Shown here one piece after another: positions 1-12,170 of a DNA stretch of 64,000 nt. Positions within the stretch are counted from its first letter, which is position 1; each line of letters opens with the position of its first letter. The notes under the pieces are model-generated. The model made no database searches, had not been told where the DNA came from, and worked only from the letters and a program-made list of their open reading frames with translations. The stretch is from Polymyxa betae A26-41 (lineage: Eukaryota > Protista > Endomyxa: Phytomyxea). The DNA lies in assembly GCA_003693705.1 (NCBI GenBank), contig RBZT01000680.1:1-64000 (forward strand), in the 5' to 3' direction. The position numbers and the translations under genes were made by a program.

Positions 1-1239
1 CACACACGAATTACAGCTCGTTATCAACTCTGATTTATTCCAGCTCGAATCCCAGGACCCAAATCCAGCTCGGTCCGTACGGATGCCGTACGGACCTCTC
101 GGGGGTCGAGCCTATTAATATTAAGGTACGTCGTCATACTTCCATCAGGTTCGCATCTTTGTTATGCATCAGATTTATGCTTCCGTCATCAGGAGCCATT
201 GCGTGCGCAGTTCGTCAAACTGCGTACGCTGTTTTTGGGAATTCAGAGTTGTATATTATTATTTTAATAAACCTGATACAGCCCAATTGAAAAGAATCTA
301 CCAAACCGGGAATTATCGGTAAAATTTATTACGATTGTGTGGTTAAGGCGGAGGCTAAATTCGCCATCGGGAGGGAGGGAATAAGGATCCTGTCCCCTCA
401 ATTCGCCAAAGATCTAGCTTCTGGACCTCCCTTTGATTCGCGAGTTTGGTATTTCGACTCCAAATCTCTTTCAATGTCTTGGCTTGGGTAGGCAACGGGT
501 GAATCGATGTTGAAGTTTCGACTCGTTTGAAGAATGATTCAAGATAGAGGCGCCGAGGTCGGGTGATCACCCCAAGGCCCGAGGCTTGCGCCAACCTGCT
601 GAGGTGTTAACACACTGGTGCTGTTTGAAGGGTACAGTGTCTCTAGTCCTTGAACCACTGGGATCCCAGTTGGCTCTTGGGCTCCACAACCGCCACGCGG
701 CAGCCGCACTTCTCTTGACTGTACCATCAGCACAGCTCACGCAACGCGGCATTTGGCTGTGGCTTTAAAACAAAAATTAAACAACTGTGTGAGACTCGAA
801 CCTAGACCCTGACCGTAACATCCTCATCTTGAATCTCTTGGTCTATGATGGAACCTTTGAATCTTCATCCTTTTACCCATAATCTCGATACTTGCCGATT
901 TCGTTCCTTCATTGCCAGATCCCAATTAAGACCCTGGCGATAACAGTAAAGTCTAAGTCTTCGATATTATATCCAGTAATAATTTTTGTTAGATTCCCAT
1001 ATGGTTCTCCGCTTGGGGAAGAGGGATATTCCACCATCAGTTATGAGTCTTCATTTGAGGAAGTGTTGAGTGAAGACCCCTCTGCCAATGATTTTGAAAA
1101 CGACTGCAGGAAAAAGCCAAAGTCGCAATGATTGCTGTTCAGTTCAGGCTGAAAAACATTTCAGCTTCCCAATTGATTAGGAAAATACTGCCGACAAAAC
1201 AACATTGCGATCAGCAATTTAATATTTAATTTCAGGTTC

Positions 1240-1763
1240 AGGTGCGTCTTTTTCCACATCTATGTACTGATCGTGCTGATCGAACAGGATATTTTTGCAG
1301 AATAATTCACGCTCGAATAATTCGTGCCATACGCTTAACACCCACCGTTTCATATCGAAAGGCAGCTCGGCCCTTTCCTTCGTTGTTCCGGATTCGGCTG
1401 TGCCATAAAATGAGGAAACGATTCTTTAGAAGCTCAAGAGCCAGTTCGACTCTGATCCATGAACGTCACTATAATGATTCTCCAGGGGGTCTTGGGTGTC
1501 ATATTTACTGTGTCATGCAACGCTGGAGCAGCTGGTTCCTGCATCAGAGACCATCACCTTACCAGCAGCAATATTAGCGGCAACAAATTGGCCAAATTTC
1601 GAGCGGTTATAAACACCTTCGTCGTTTTTGGATCTGAGGCGTAACGCATATTCTCTAGTGCGATTTTCAACGACAATCTGGGCATTAATTGCTGGGAATT
1701 CCTTCTTACAATACCAAACTCAACGTCCGTAGTCTTGATATCTCGAATATTGATCCATCCACC
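1240..1763 (-). pseudogene. PIF/Harbinger DDE transposase remnant (DDE_Tnp_4-like), cut by an LTR just before the first catalytic Asp
   Basis: Minus-strand fragments VDGSIFEISR / WYCKKEFPAINAQIVV / NDEGVYNRSKFGQ / MVSDAG; near-identical wording to the Harbinger transposase at 50534-51259 (NDKGVYNRSKFG, IVADTGY); many stops and frameshifts; left limit approximate. Confidence 0.7.
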
Positions 1764-2011
1764 TGTAGCAGGTTCTTTCGCTCCGTTGCTAACTTGGGTC
1801 AGAAACCAGCTATGAACAAATAGAAGTGGTATGGTAATGAAAAGAAAACCGGTCTAAAACTGAACTGCAACGCCAGTGGATGGCCGACATCAATACCCAG
1901 GCTGCGCTAACGAAACTGCGAACGCCGTTACTGCCCCTGAGACCCCAAACCCGACAGCCGCTCCGCCACGGGTCGGAGGGCGCGGGCGTAGCCTTTTGGG
2001 GTCGCGCTACA
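1764..2011 (-). repeat. 3' LTR of a decayed Ty3/Gypsy element
   Basis: Termini TGTAGC(1764)...GCTACA(2011); on the minus strand a polypurine tract AAAGAAGGGGG directly precedes it, downstream of integrase remnants. Confidence 0.75.
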
Positions 2012-2389
2012 CCCCCTTCTTTAAAAGGTGCCTTTGGTGCGTAGGGTTTTCTTCATTCTCGCCCCTCGTCGGGGTCGTCCGGCGGTCACTGCTCGTCTGT
2101 CGTCCCAATCCAGTCGGTCGCAGTGGGGGGAAATAGGCAATCCACTTTAAAGACGCAACCTGTAGTTATTGTTGGTGAGGAAATTGACAGCGCGCCCGGA
2201 AACCGACGCTATTGACTCGAGCTTGCGGGTCCGTCGTGTGAGATCCGGTTCGCTGCTTGAGCCGGAGCGCGGGCAGCCTCCAGACCCATACCAACTGTTC
2301 CTCGCAGAACTCGACCTCGTTCCGGTTGGCCTTATACGTTGTGGCGTTCCGGGTCATCATCTCCTTGTCCATCGAGAATTCTAGTTCTT

Positions 2390-3529
2390 GCGTCTAGCTA
2401 CAATTCGAAGTGGGCCGAGCAGTTGTGGGCTACGCCCCGCATACAAAAATGTGCGCTGTATCATCCAATCAGTTTTGGTCCTTTAACGCGAAACTTGTAT
2501 TTCAGCGTTCCGCTCAGCTCCCTACATCTGATCCAATATTTCTTAATTATGTATGTTTAATTTCAGATAAGTCGAATGAGATATGTCTCTCTTTGACTGT
2601 GGCAGATTTCGAATGTACGATTTGGCTGTACTTCCCATTCGACGATGTCACAATGTTGATCGTCTTCTCCATTGTCGGACAGAGAACAATCGAGTTATGG
2701 ACAAACTCCGTCCGTTGTAGATTTTACAAGCCAAGACATGATCATTCCCCTCGGACGAGACACAGCAAATCAGGAAAGAATAGATTTCCGAAGAGAAAGG
2801 TTTATTCAATTTGACCTATTCGCATTCAAAACCGGACTTGATTCTTCTTTGTAAATTTGCGCTACTTCCAGCTCAGGGAGAATCCATTTTGGCTCCTGAA
2901 ATTTCTTTAATCGAATGAAATATTTTAGCAAATTATAGAATACACAGAGAAATGATCAAGTAATCCTCCTCAACTGACATTAAAGTCCGGAAAAGTTTTT
3001 GCATGAAAGCGATGTCTTCTACCAGTCTGGAGGATATTATTCAGTAAGTTATGAGAAGCTTCCGCAGGGGCAATCGTGTCCAAATGAGTAGGATCCCGAT
3101 AACAAACTGCCCATTAACGATCGATTTTCTGTTACATAAAATTTTATGTTTCTTCAGATGTCACCGGAACTATCCAGGTTCTCGCTGCTGGTCATTGCTG
3201 TCAAAGCCATCCACTCCGAGTTGACGCCGAGGCAGCTTTGACCATCTCGTCCGTGTCTGACTATATGGTAACGCCAGTTCGCTTTCATTCTTGTTCTTAT
3301 GGCATCAATTCCACAGGCGATCTTATTCCGTTATTCGATTTTTTGTCATATAGTTTTTTAAATTTCTCGAAAAGTGACGGTCCATCGACGTGCATCGGCG
3401 CGCGACGTATTTTTGGAAACGTTTTTGAAAACGAAATAGTGAGAACAAAATTGTCAGCAATAGAGCACACTTTCTTGTATGCGTGGCGCAGCCCCACTGC
3501 TCGGCGCACTGCGATTTTTAGCTAGACGC
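2390..3529. mobile_element. Non-autonomous TIR DNA element, 1.14 kb, 8-9 bp TSD (MULE- or Merlin-like)
   Basis: About 70 bp imperfect TIRs beginning GCGTCTAGCTA; TSD CTAGTTCTT at 2381-2389 and 3530-3538; no recognisable transposase inside. Confidence 0.8.
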
Positions 3530-3686
3530 CTAGTTCTTGAGCCTTCTTTGAACGGTACTGGGCCGAATCGCGCTACCCATGAACTTCCTTGTGCTCATTC
3601 ATCAGCTCGCTAGGCGGAAGGATGAGTTCCTGCGGCATCCGAGGGTCGCGTCCACGTTCCAGAATTATGGCGTCACGGCTAAAAGC

Positions 3687-4150
3687 TAGGGCTCCGATCG
3701 GTAGTATCGGTTACCGAAACACGAAGTTGTAAAAAACGGAACGGCAGCAACTTTTTCTGTTCAATTTTCTAAATCACGCAGGCCGATCATTAATGCGTTG
3801 AGCGTCTCTGATTTCATGGAGTGTCTGCGAAGCCCGACCACATCTGGACCACAGTTAAATATCTTTCAACCGACGCTGATGATCCAGGAATGGAAAGAAT
3901 GTCCTTGTCAACTTTGCTGAGGTTCGAAAACTGTTTCGAATTGGGTTTCCAGAATACCATGGGATCGTCTGCTGGATATTCACAGCGCAAGCTCAGATAC
4001 TTATCCACTTCATCCATTACCTGTGCTCTGCTACAGAATGGGCGACTATAAGGTTCGGTAATTTTCAGTACCCGGTCGGATAGCTCCCTAGTACCGGTAT
4101 CCGATACGACCAATGATACTCGCGTAGTATCCGACCGAGTCGGAGCCCTA
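3687..4150 (-). mobile_element. Internally deleted hAT element (464 bp) retaining only the C-terminal dimerisation-domain coding remnant
   Basis: TIR TAGGGCTCCGA at both ends; TSD GCTAA(A)AGC at 3678-3686 and 4151-4158; DEVDKYL...FWK...DILSIPGSSASVER. Confidence 0.85.
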
Positions 4151-7100
4151 GCTAAAGCAGGATGAACGCAAGAATGGTACACTATGGAGATGCAGTCGGT
4201 CAGTTCGTTCGTGTCGGTCTGGTTTTCGTTGCTCATGACATCGAGTCCGTGCGGGCGTTCCAACGTAGCATTGCCTTTCGGGAGATAGGCCATGGTCGTA
4301 ACGAGCTTGAAGCCGAGAGTCCCCGCCATTAATTGGAACAGCCGAGAGCGGTAAGACTGTGCTCGATCAGATGTAATTTGGATAGGAAATTAATCTTGAC
4401 AAAAGTGCGTTTGTAATATTTGTCGCAGATTTGAATTTTACTGGTATACAGCGTTCAGACCTGGGCAGACGCAAATAACAGTCAGGATGTACGTGAAGTT
4501 TCGGACGAGCGTGCGATTCAGCGGCCCGTAGTGATCGACGTGTATGCAGGACCAGGCGGGAAATACTTTAGGACTCCTCAAAACAAACTGTCTGTTCGGT
4601 CAGGTTTCCGGATCTTCGCTTGCTGACAAACCAAACAGCTGCTTACGAACCGGGTGGCATCATCTACCATCGATAGCCAGTTGGCAAATTTCGACAAAAT
4701 CTGGGCCGCTCGCTCTTGACCGAAATGTGCTGCAGGCTTTTGTGAGTGCGCAAGCTGCAAAAACGCGAGACTCATTCCCCTAAGGACACGATCTGAGATA
4801 CCGGATTCGTTTCCCGTCTTGAAAGACCTCTGGGGGGCTCACAAACGTCTTATCTTCCTGTTGCAGCCGCTTCTACTCCGTAATGTCCACAGTGTCGGGC
4901 GATTGCTCTTGTCCTATACCGTAGAATCTCTAATAGGTAACTAAACCTTTCATGAATAATAATTTCTCATACATAGTTTATAAACTCACTGAGATTGAGT
5001 GGAATATCTGAGCAGAATTCCAGAAGCCAAAGAAGCCATTATTTGAACATCAAAGAATTTTTGATGACCAAGTCGAGCATGACAGAGATTGATTTCGTCA
5101 TGGCGGGCAGGGACGCCACCTGGAAATGAGTGACTGTGTTGACGTCGCCACGAATCATTGACTTTTTTTCATTCCATTGCCCTCGACCTCAAGTGCAATG
5201 GTTTCACCATTAGCTCTGACCATTAAAAAAACGATTGGCACAAAACTCCATTATCGCACCATTATTGACAGCTTGCTTCAAAGAATATATGTTTTTGTAG
5301 CCAAGACTTGGAGCAGACAGAACACATACAAATTCTCGTCGTGAACTGGAAGGGTAAATCAAAGCGCGAACAGGAAGATCGCCCATCACTTCACTAGGTG
5401 CTTGCTTGTTATCAGCTTTAACTACTGCCAGGTACTTTGACACAAACTGCATCGAACATTCAAAATAAGCATTGTCGGAATCACTGACAGGTATATTGAT
5501 CGAGCTGTCAGATGAGGAAACCTTAACTGCTGTGTGGTGTGGCTGTCTCAAACAGTTTTAAATTTGCATTTTTGATGTGAGGATGGAGTTCCGTATGTTC
5601 CTTCCAACATTTATCTTCCATATGGCCGCGTCGGCGATAATATTAAAGTCTGATTCCGCATGTTGTAAACGGCTCTGTAACGTGACAAAGGTTAAGTTTT
5701 GAACAGATGGAAGGACTGCGATATTCTCAATGATTTATGACGTGCAATTAATAATCCACCAACGGCCGGGCTGCGCCCTCCCAGATTCTTTCGCAGTTTC
5801 TAATCCCTTATACAGCTCTACTTATTTTATTTGTTTATCTGTTTTCCAAAAAATTTGTTTATCTGTTTTCAAGAGAATGCGCCAACACCCTTTTCTATCT
5901 CTCTATTTTTCTCTCTTGTTCTCTAACTCTCTCATTCTGGTGTTCTCTTATCTTCTGTTTGGCCTACTTGTCTAGGGACTTAGTGCAATAACGTGTTAAA
6001 ATAATCTATTGAAGAAGAACCAGATGGGGCAGACATTGAATAACGCCAGATTCGGAAGAAAGTGCGGAATGAAGACCTGCTGTCGATTGCAGCACTTGAA
6101 AGCCATTTTTCTTTGTAAAACAAGCAGAGGGAAAACAGGGAGAGAAAGAGTTCCAGTCAATACATAAGAAATTTGATATTTGCTTTTTACAAGAGTATAA
6201 GTAATGCCAATTGGAATATTACCATAAACGTAATCATTTCGACATGAATGAAAGTGATATTCAACAAAAATTCATCGTCCAAAAGTCACCGGTTCTGAAA
6301 AGTACCACTATCAAATGAGGATATAGTGCCGCAAATACCTGTAATGATGTCGCCTGCTTGCAGGCAAAACCGAATCGTCAATTTGAAGCAAATGCTGGGG
6401 AAGGGCAATTACTGGGCAAGGGTGCTCTAAACTGATACAATCTGGTCTTTGGTCACCAACCCAAAGGACTTTAAGCAGAATGTGGGGTTCAATCAAGCTT
6501 CTGAGCAAATCTGAATCGAAACCCGGGTTAGTCCATTCTCCAGGAGGCTGGTGCCGAAAATACAGCTGGCGAAATATAATCTCGCAATGTCAAAAAAATC
6601 ACCCAGATCGGCACAACGGACGGATCCGAGCACAGAACGTGGGCAGGTAGAATTTCTTCTGTTCAAATCAATTCACATAAACGGCGCCAATATGGTACTA
6701 GCATGACCTTGATGATCGACAGTTGCTCTGTCATGAATTTCAAGCCGACAGTCATTACCTTCACTCTGACTCAACAAACGATGTCGGGCGTTAGAAGACT
6801 CTTGATCGCTTGAACCTATCAACAGTCGACAACTTACATTTTGCTTTTTGGGAGCTTTTTGAAAATGTGGATAGCGGTACGGAGTCTCGATGGTCTTGTT
6901 CTGAGCCAAACGATGCGACTGGACTGAATCGAAGGAAGGGAGATGATCTCCAATGACTGCGGTTAGACGATTTTGGATTTCAACCATATCGCGCAAAATG
7001 TCATCAAGAACGTTAAGATCAACCTCGCCTCGACCGGCATGGTCAGCAACTGCACTGGATTCGCATATAGATCTGCATTCCTCTAATGATAGCGTTAATT

Positions 7101-7758
7101 GAAAAGAAGTGCAGACAGTGAAAAAGGACAGTACCTCCAGAGTCTTTTGTAGCACTCTAAACTTTTCATTATATTGAGCCCCACATGAATCATCCTCGCC
7201 TGAAACGCCAGCGTCTTCTGTGTTACTGTAATTCCGGCTAATAAGACTAGGGTACTTTCAGCCGGGGTCTAAACGTTGTTTTCAAGATTTTAAGCCTTGA
7301 GAATCTTTCTTTACAGACTAAGCGAAAAGAGCTAAGGAACCTAATTCGAGTATGATTTACTAATCCCGATTGGTATACGTGGTATTTAATACCATCTACG
7401 GAGTTGGGAGTCAAATTTTGCGCTCCATACTAATTTTCCTTACATAGTATTATATACCATCTAAGACCTGAATTTTTAACGGTTGTTGCCCTAACTTCTT
7501 GTGATTAATTTTTGAGATAGATTCGCGGTCTTTTGACCAATGCTCCTAAACTTGTCTGAATTTTGCAATCACCGTACAAAAGTGCGAGATTTTTCGTTGT
7601 TTCTGTCTACTATACCGGGTAACGTAACGTAAATGTAACGTAATACATCTCCGGTTCAATTATGACTAGAAGTAGTGATATATTACTGTGTACCAATCGA
7701 TCTTTACGTCGTTGTTTGACATTGTTTGCCGTCGGTCTAGCACTCAATTGACTCGAAT

Positions 7759-10729
7759 ATGGCGACTCTGGATGATTATTTTTCTGTTGACGATGACTCT
7801 TGTTCTGAAGACGAGTTCGATGTTTCTGATGAGTTAGATTGGCAATATATGACTGCAGCTCAGCTCACGAACTTTTATTTCACAGACCGTCCAGTTGACG
7901 GCGAGCTACTCACGGCAGCAGTTGGCGAAATTAAGAAGGTTTGCGTTAATGCCAAACGAATCATTTCTCCCATCTCTAGAGGCTTGATAACACTGAGCGA
8001 TTGTGCGAACTATTTCTTGGCCAGCATTTGCCCATTAGTCTTTGAAGCAGCTGAATAAGGATCTGATGCGGAAGATCCGGTGCTTGGAACTGACCAGATT
8101 TGTTTTATTCGCACCTTAGCGGCCCTATCAGTATACAAATGCACGCCTTCAAATCTGTTCGACGCCAGCAACAGCAAATTTTTCCCAGTCGCCAGTCAAC
8201 TGGACTATGCAGTCTTCAAGAAAGTTATCAAATCCCTGAAGCAGAAACGCACTGATGTATCTGAGTCATTGCATTGGGTTGTTCAATTCGGCGCTGACGA
8301 ACTTATACGAAGAGCGGAGCGCTCTTTTACTCAGGCGTCGTGCCGCGTTGCCCTCAGTCCACGTCAGACCATTTTGTCGCTGGATGATGACCAGTACCGG
8401 CTTCGATTTGTGCTTTCTGAACAAATGGGCTTTGTGAGAATCAACAATCCCAAGAAAGCATTCGGCATTGTGTCCACGAATGCAGTTTCTCTGGTTAGCT
8501 CCATGGTTCTGGGAAAGCGTCTGATCGGAAAAGCAGAAAGTTTCGATATCGTCGTTCGAATCATCTTGATGTGGATGCAGGGCGTTGATATTTCGGAGCA
8601 CGTTCGAACTTCTGACGATTTGATCTGCCTGGATAGAGGATATTTCGGCACTTCTTTGATCGCATTCTTGATGAAATGTGGGTTTGCCCCCATTGGGACT
8701 CATAAGCGTGTTAACTCTTACCCATTCACTTTCGGCGACGCCAGGAACCGTAACATCCGGCGATTGATTGAAGAGGTGGGCTGCAAAAGCATTTATGTGG
8801 CGAAGAAAAAGTTCCACGATCGACATCTATTCCCCTTTTCATACCGATCGGGAAAGGGCCGTGTGGCTTCATTGATTTGTTCCAATCCGCGCCTAGGTTG
8901 GGGTTGGCGGGTGCTTAAAACATTGCTGACCTTATAACAGACGTGTAGATCTATCGGAACAAACCCGCCATGATGACAGCACCAGATTTGCATCCCCTTA
9001 TTCGTAATACAGGGAGGTTTCGAATGGCATGCTGTTCGAGCAGGATCTTCTCTTGTGACTTCAACAGTCGCCTATGAAGAACTCTGTCATTATAGATCTC
9101 AAGCACAGCCTGAAGAGCAAATCACATTTTCTGCAATTGGAATGCAAGCGTTCCAGGAAGACACCTCAGCAATTGGAGACGTTTCTTCCCTGTGAACCAA
9201 ATCTGCAGCAGAATTGAAGCAGATGCTGCGTGAGCGATCGATGCAGCTATCCGTTTATATGGAGGCATTGATTGAGCGCCTGCTGAACGCCCCACTTCGT
9301 CCGGTAAACGTAATCACACGCCTGATGAAAAAATGGTTCATGAAGCGGACCAACAATTCGTTCCTAAAGCTGGGAGGTGCCAATGAGATCTACATTCTTC
9401 GAGCCATTCCAGCATTTTTCGCCCTGTTTGGAGAAGGATTCAATTTGTCGGGGTTTCCTGTGCAAAAAGGCCTTTTAAAGTTGAATAGGCATAATTCGCC
9501 GTCGTTCTTGGCCACCTCCATTGATGGCTGTGCAGTCTTCAAGAATTCGAATGATGAGGGCCAGCGTCTGAATTCGTGTCAATCATTGAATTCAAAACAG
9601 CGACGACTGCTTCCACTCAGGCAGAGGCCAATGCGAGAATGTCATCGGCCTAGTCTCTAGAACAGAATCCCAACCGACGTCTGTTCCGAACTCAGATAGG
9701 AACCAACTTGATTCAGCTCCTTGTCTGGACGCCTCAGTACAGGGCTCAAGTTTTGCATCACGTAGCGACCACTGGAGTTCCATGCTGTCTCTTCGTGGTA
9801 GCCATCTTGTCCACCATCGTTTATGCGGTGTTTGTCGAGTTCGCTGACGATCTTTGTTGGTTTATGAAGAGTATTTGAAGCGAGAACTGTACTCAGCTTT
9901 GACGCAATTCCACAGCTCTCCAAACGCTTATTTACCTGCATCGAGCGACTTTGGTCACGCCGTTGATTTAGACACTCCTCTGATTTGGAAGAACATGGCT
10001 AAGGCTTTCGTAAGGGATGGGCTTCGCCCACCGGCCTCTGATGTTGTGCCATATTGTGTCTCAAATTGGAATCATTGTAAAGGCGGCCAGGACGTCTGCT
10101 CAAGAATCTTAAAGAATGTCAAAGTGGATTTCCGGAAACTCACCCCGAAAGGATTCATTTGGATCCGGTTCATATTGACCGCGCTGTTGAATGATCATAT
10201 GCTGCTACGAATGTTGGAGATTGAGCCCGACCTTGATAGGTTTGACTCATACAAGGCTCTTAAGCAAGCTTTGAACCATCGGAGATCGTTCTTTCACTTC
10301 TTACGGGACTTCTTCGATGCCTGGCGGCCTGACTTGACATTTGTACGCAGGCGTTCCGATGTAGCATTGTTTACACAGCAGCAGGATCTTGATGAAAACA
10401 ACAATGGAACAGAGAGCCAACCTATGCCAAAACCTCCCTAAAGGAACCGTTTGTAATGGCTGCAGTCCGCCGAAGGTATGCGGCGTCGATTATCCAGCGA
10501 CCCACACCATCGTGGCTCGAGACAGAAACGCTGTTTTGTTTTGTGCCAAGAAACCACAACTGTTTTCTGCAAAGCATGCGATGTTAACGTATGTGGAAAC
10601 CCTGCCTTTGGATTGCGAAAGTCCTGCTGGGACAAGCTCCATACCCGTCAGAATCTGGAAGCAGTGGAGAAAGAGAAGCTTCCAGGCAACAAGGGACGTC
10701 GGGGACGATCAAATCCCATACAATTGTAG
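7759..10729 (+). pseudogene. piggyBac-like DDD transposase with embedded SAP-like and YqaJ/lambda-exonuclease domains and a C-terminal Cys-rich finger (disrupted)
   Basis: D1 ILSLDDD...NNPKKAFGI (~8383); D2 ICLDRGY...IGTHKR (~8632); YqaJ motifs QGGFEWHAVR..VTST (~9010), LGGANE, GLL..FLATSIDG (~9500), IEFKT (~9588), YRAQVLHH..TG..CLFVV (~9740); D3 WNHCKGGQD (~10091); RCFVLC..FCKACDVNVC..CWDKLH; several stops and frameshifts. Confidence 0.8.
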
Positions 10730-10874
10730 ATGGTATATAATAACATAGAATGGTCCTGGCAACGGGGTTCTCCTATAACAAACGCGATCGACAAAAGTGA
10801 GTTTTTTTCTACGAAAAATCACCGAAAAGCAATTTTTTTCTTGTTGGGGTTGCTTGCTATATGTGCACAGGTTT

Positions 10875-11089
10875 TTTTAGGTATCCGGACGAGAGAGCGA
10901 ACCACAAGTTAGGCGAACGAGGAACAGATACCGCTATTGACGGCCACGAAGGTAATATATGACAAGACACCCCATTGAAATTTCTGCCGCTAGGTCCGTG
11001 GCGCAGTCCGGACCCCAGCAGCCACGAGGTAGGGAGACCAAGCTCTCCCGACCTCTGGACTCTCACTCTTCTATCTCGCGTGCATTTGC
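10875..11089 (+). repeat. Ngaro split direct repeat A1
   Basis: Near-identical to 15079-15293 (TTTTAGGTATCCGGACGAG...CGCGTGCATTTGC). Confidence 0.92.
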
Positions 11090-11098
11090 ATCATCACC

Positions 11099-12170
11099 AT
11101 GCCTGTTACCCGGACCTCCAAGGCTAAAGCCCTTGTCTCCTCCAAGGCGCAAGCCTCCAGCCCTAACAGCATGGGGGATGCCTCCTGGGAGGCATCGGAC
11201 TACAACGATTCCTCCTCCCCTTCACAATCACAAACCGCAGCCAGCAACCACTCCTCCAGCTCCGAGAGTGCTAATGAATCCACCAGCAGCGATCCACCTC
11301 CTCCTTCATCCTACAACTCCCCCGCTCCGCCGTTCTCTGTTACCGACATTCAAGCCATCATCGATAAGAACAACGCGCGAATGGAGCAAAATTTTCTGAA
11401 GAGAAAAAAAGCCAACCGGGAGGCGGCGTAGAAAAGAGAACGCACCCTCCTTGGTGAGGTTGAAGCTCTGAAGAGAGAGCTTTCATCTAACTAGAAGACC
11501 AACCCTAATTATGGTGAGGCCTTCCTGGCTGTCAAGACTGAGGTTCGAGAATCCTAGACGGAAAGTTCGTTGATTACGCGACCCTTATGCCCTCCAACGA
11601 TTCATCGAAAGAAGACCTGCACACCGTCGTAATCCAAGGCGGCGATCAGCGCGTCCTCAAATCCGCCAACAGCCGCCGAGACGTCCCCAACCCCCTTGCG
11701 TGGTCCGAAGTCCATCAAACAGTCATCTACACCCTCGCCAAGAATAATGCCCCCCCGCTCGTACATCATCGCGATGCTACACCATTCATTGATTGTCCAA
11801 ACACGAGCCATGTCCTACCCATGGCGCGCCGTTTCAGAATACTATCAGCGTAAGCGTCGCAATGCTGAGTGTTCTCCAGGGAAATGCGCGATCCTCCTGG
11901 AGTATAACATGGAAGACGAATAGCGATTGAAGCTCAACCCCCGACTTGCCCATCGCCCCGAATCTGCTGGATCCGATCCAAAGCGCCGCCGGACGGATGT
12001 CAAGAACCGACTTCACGCTGGCTATGACGACGAAGGGCGTGAGCGATGCAAGGATCACGTCATGAAAAATTGCGAATTCGGCAACCGATGCCGCTGGAGC
12101 CATAAACCGCTCTCCAAGAAGGCTTCTGAAGCCAAGTCTTCTACTAAGCCCTCCAATTCCAACTATTACT
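11099..12170 (+). pseudogene. Ngaro gag-like ORF with CCCH zinc finger
   Basis: Ser/Pro-rich N-terminus, coiled segment, CKDHVMKNCEFGNRCRWSH; multiple stops. Confidence 0.65.

Larger units (their letters stand above)
2012..4900 (-). pseudogene. Ty3/Gypsy integrase remnant, interrupted by two DNA-transposon insertions
   Basis: HHCC finger AHSQKPAAHFG...SCLVCQQAK (4578-4775), IHVDHYGP, AYLPKGNATLER, GRDPRMPQEL, and C-terminal EFCEEQLVWVW (2166-2372). Confidence 0.8.

Noticed and set aside
781-860. Minus-strand GGTTCGAGTC resembling a tRNA/SINE B-box
   Set aside because: No cloverleaf or acceptor stem can be built; A-box match is poor.
5740-5995. CT-rich segment flanked by ACGTG, possible solo LTR
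   Set aside because: Lacks TG...CA termini and has no second copy; a 5-bp match is expected by chance.
9010-9850. YqaJ region as a prophage or viral gene, or an independent nested insertion
   Set aside because: It sits at the same position between D2 and D3 in two diverged elements, on the same strand, with no TSD/TIR of its own and no other viral genes.
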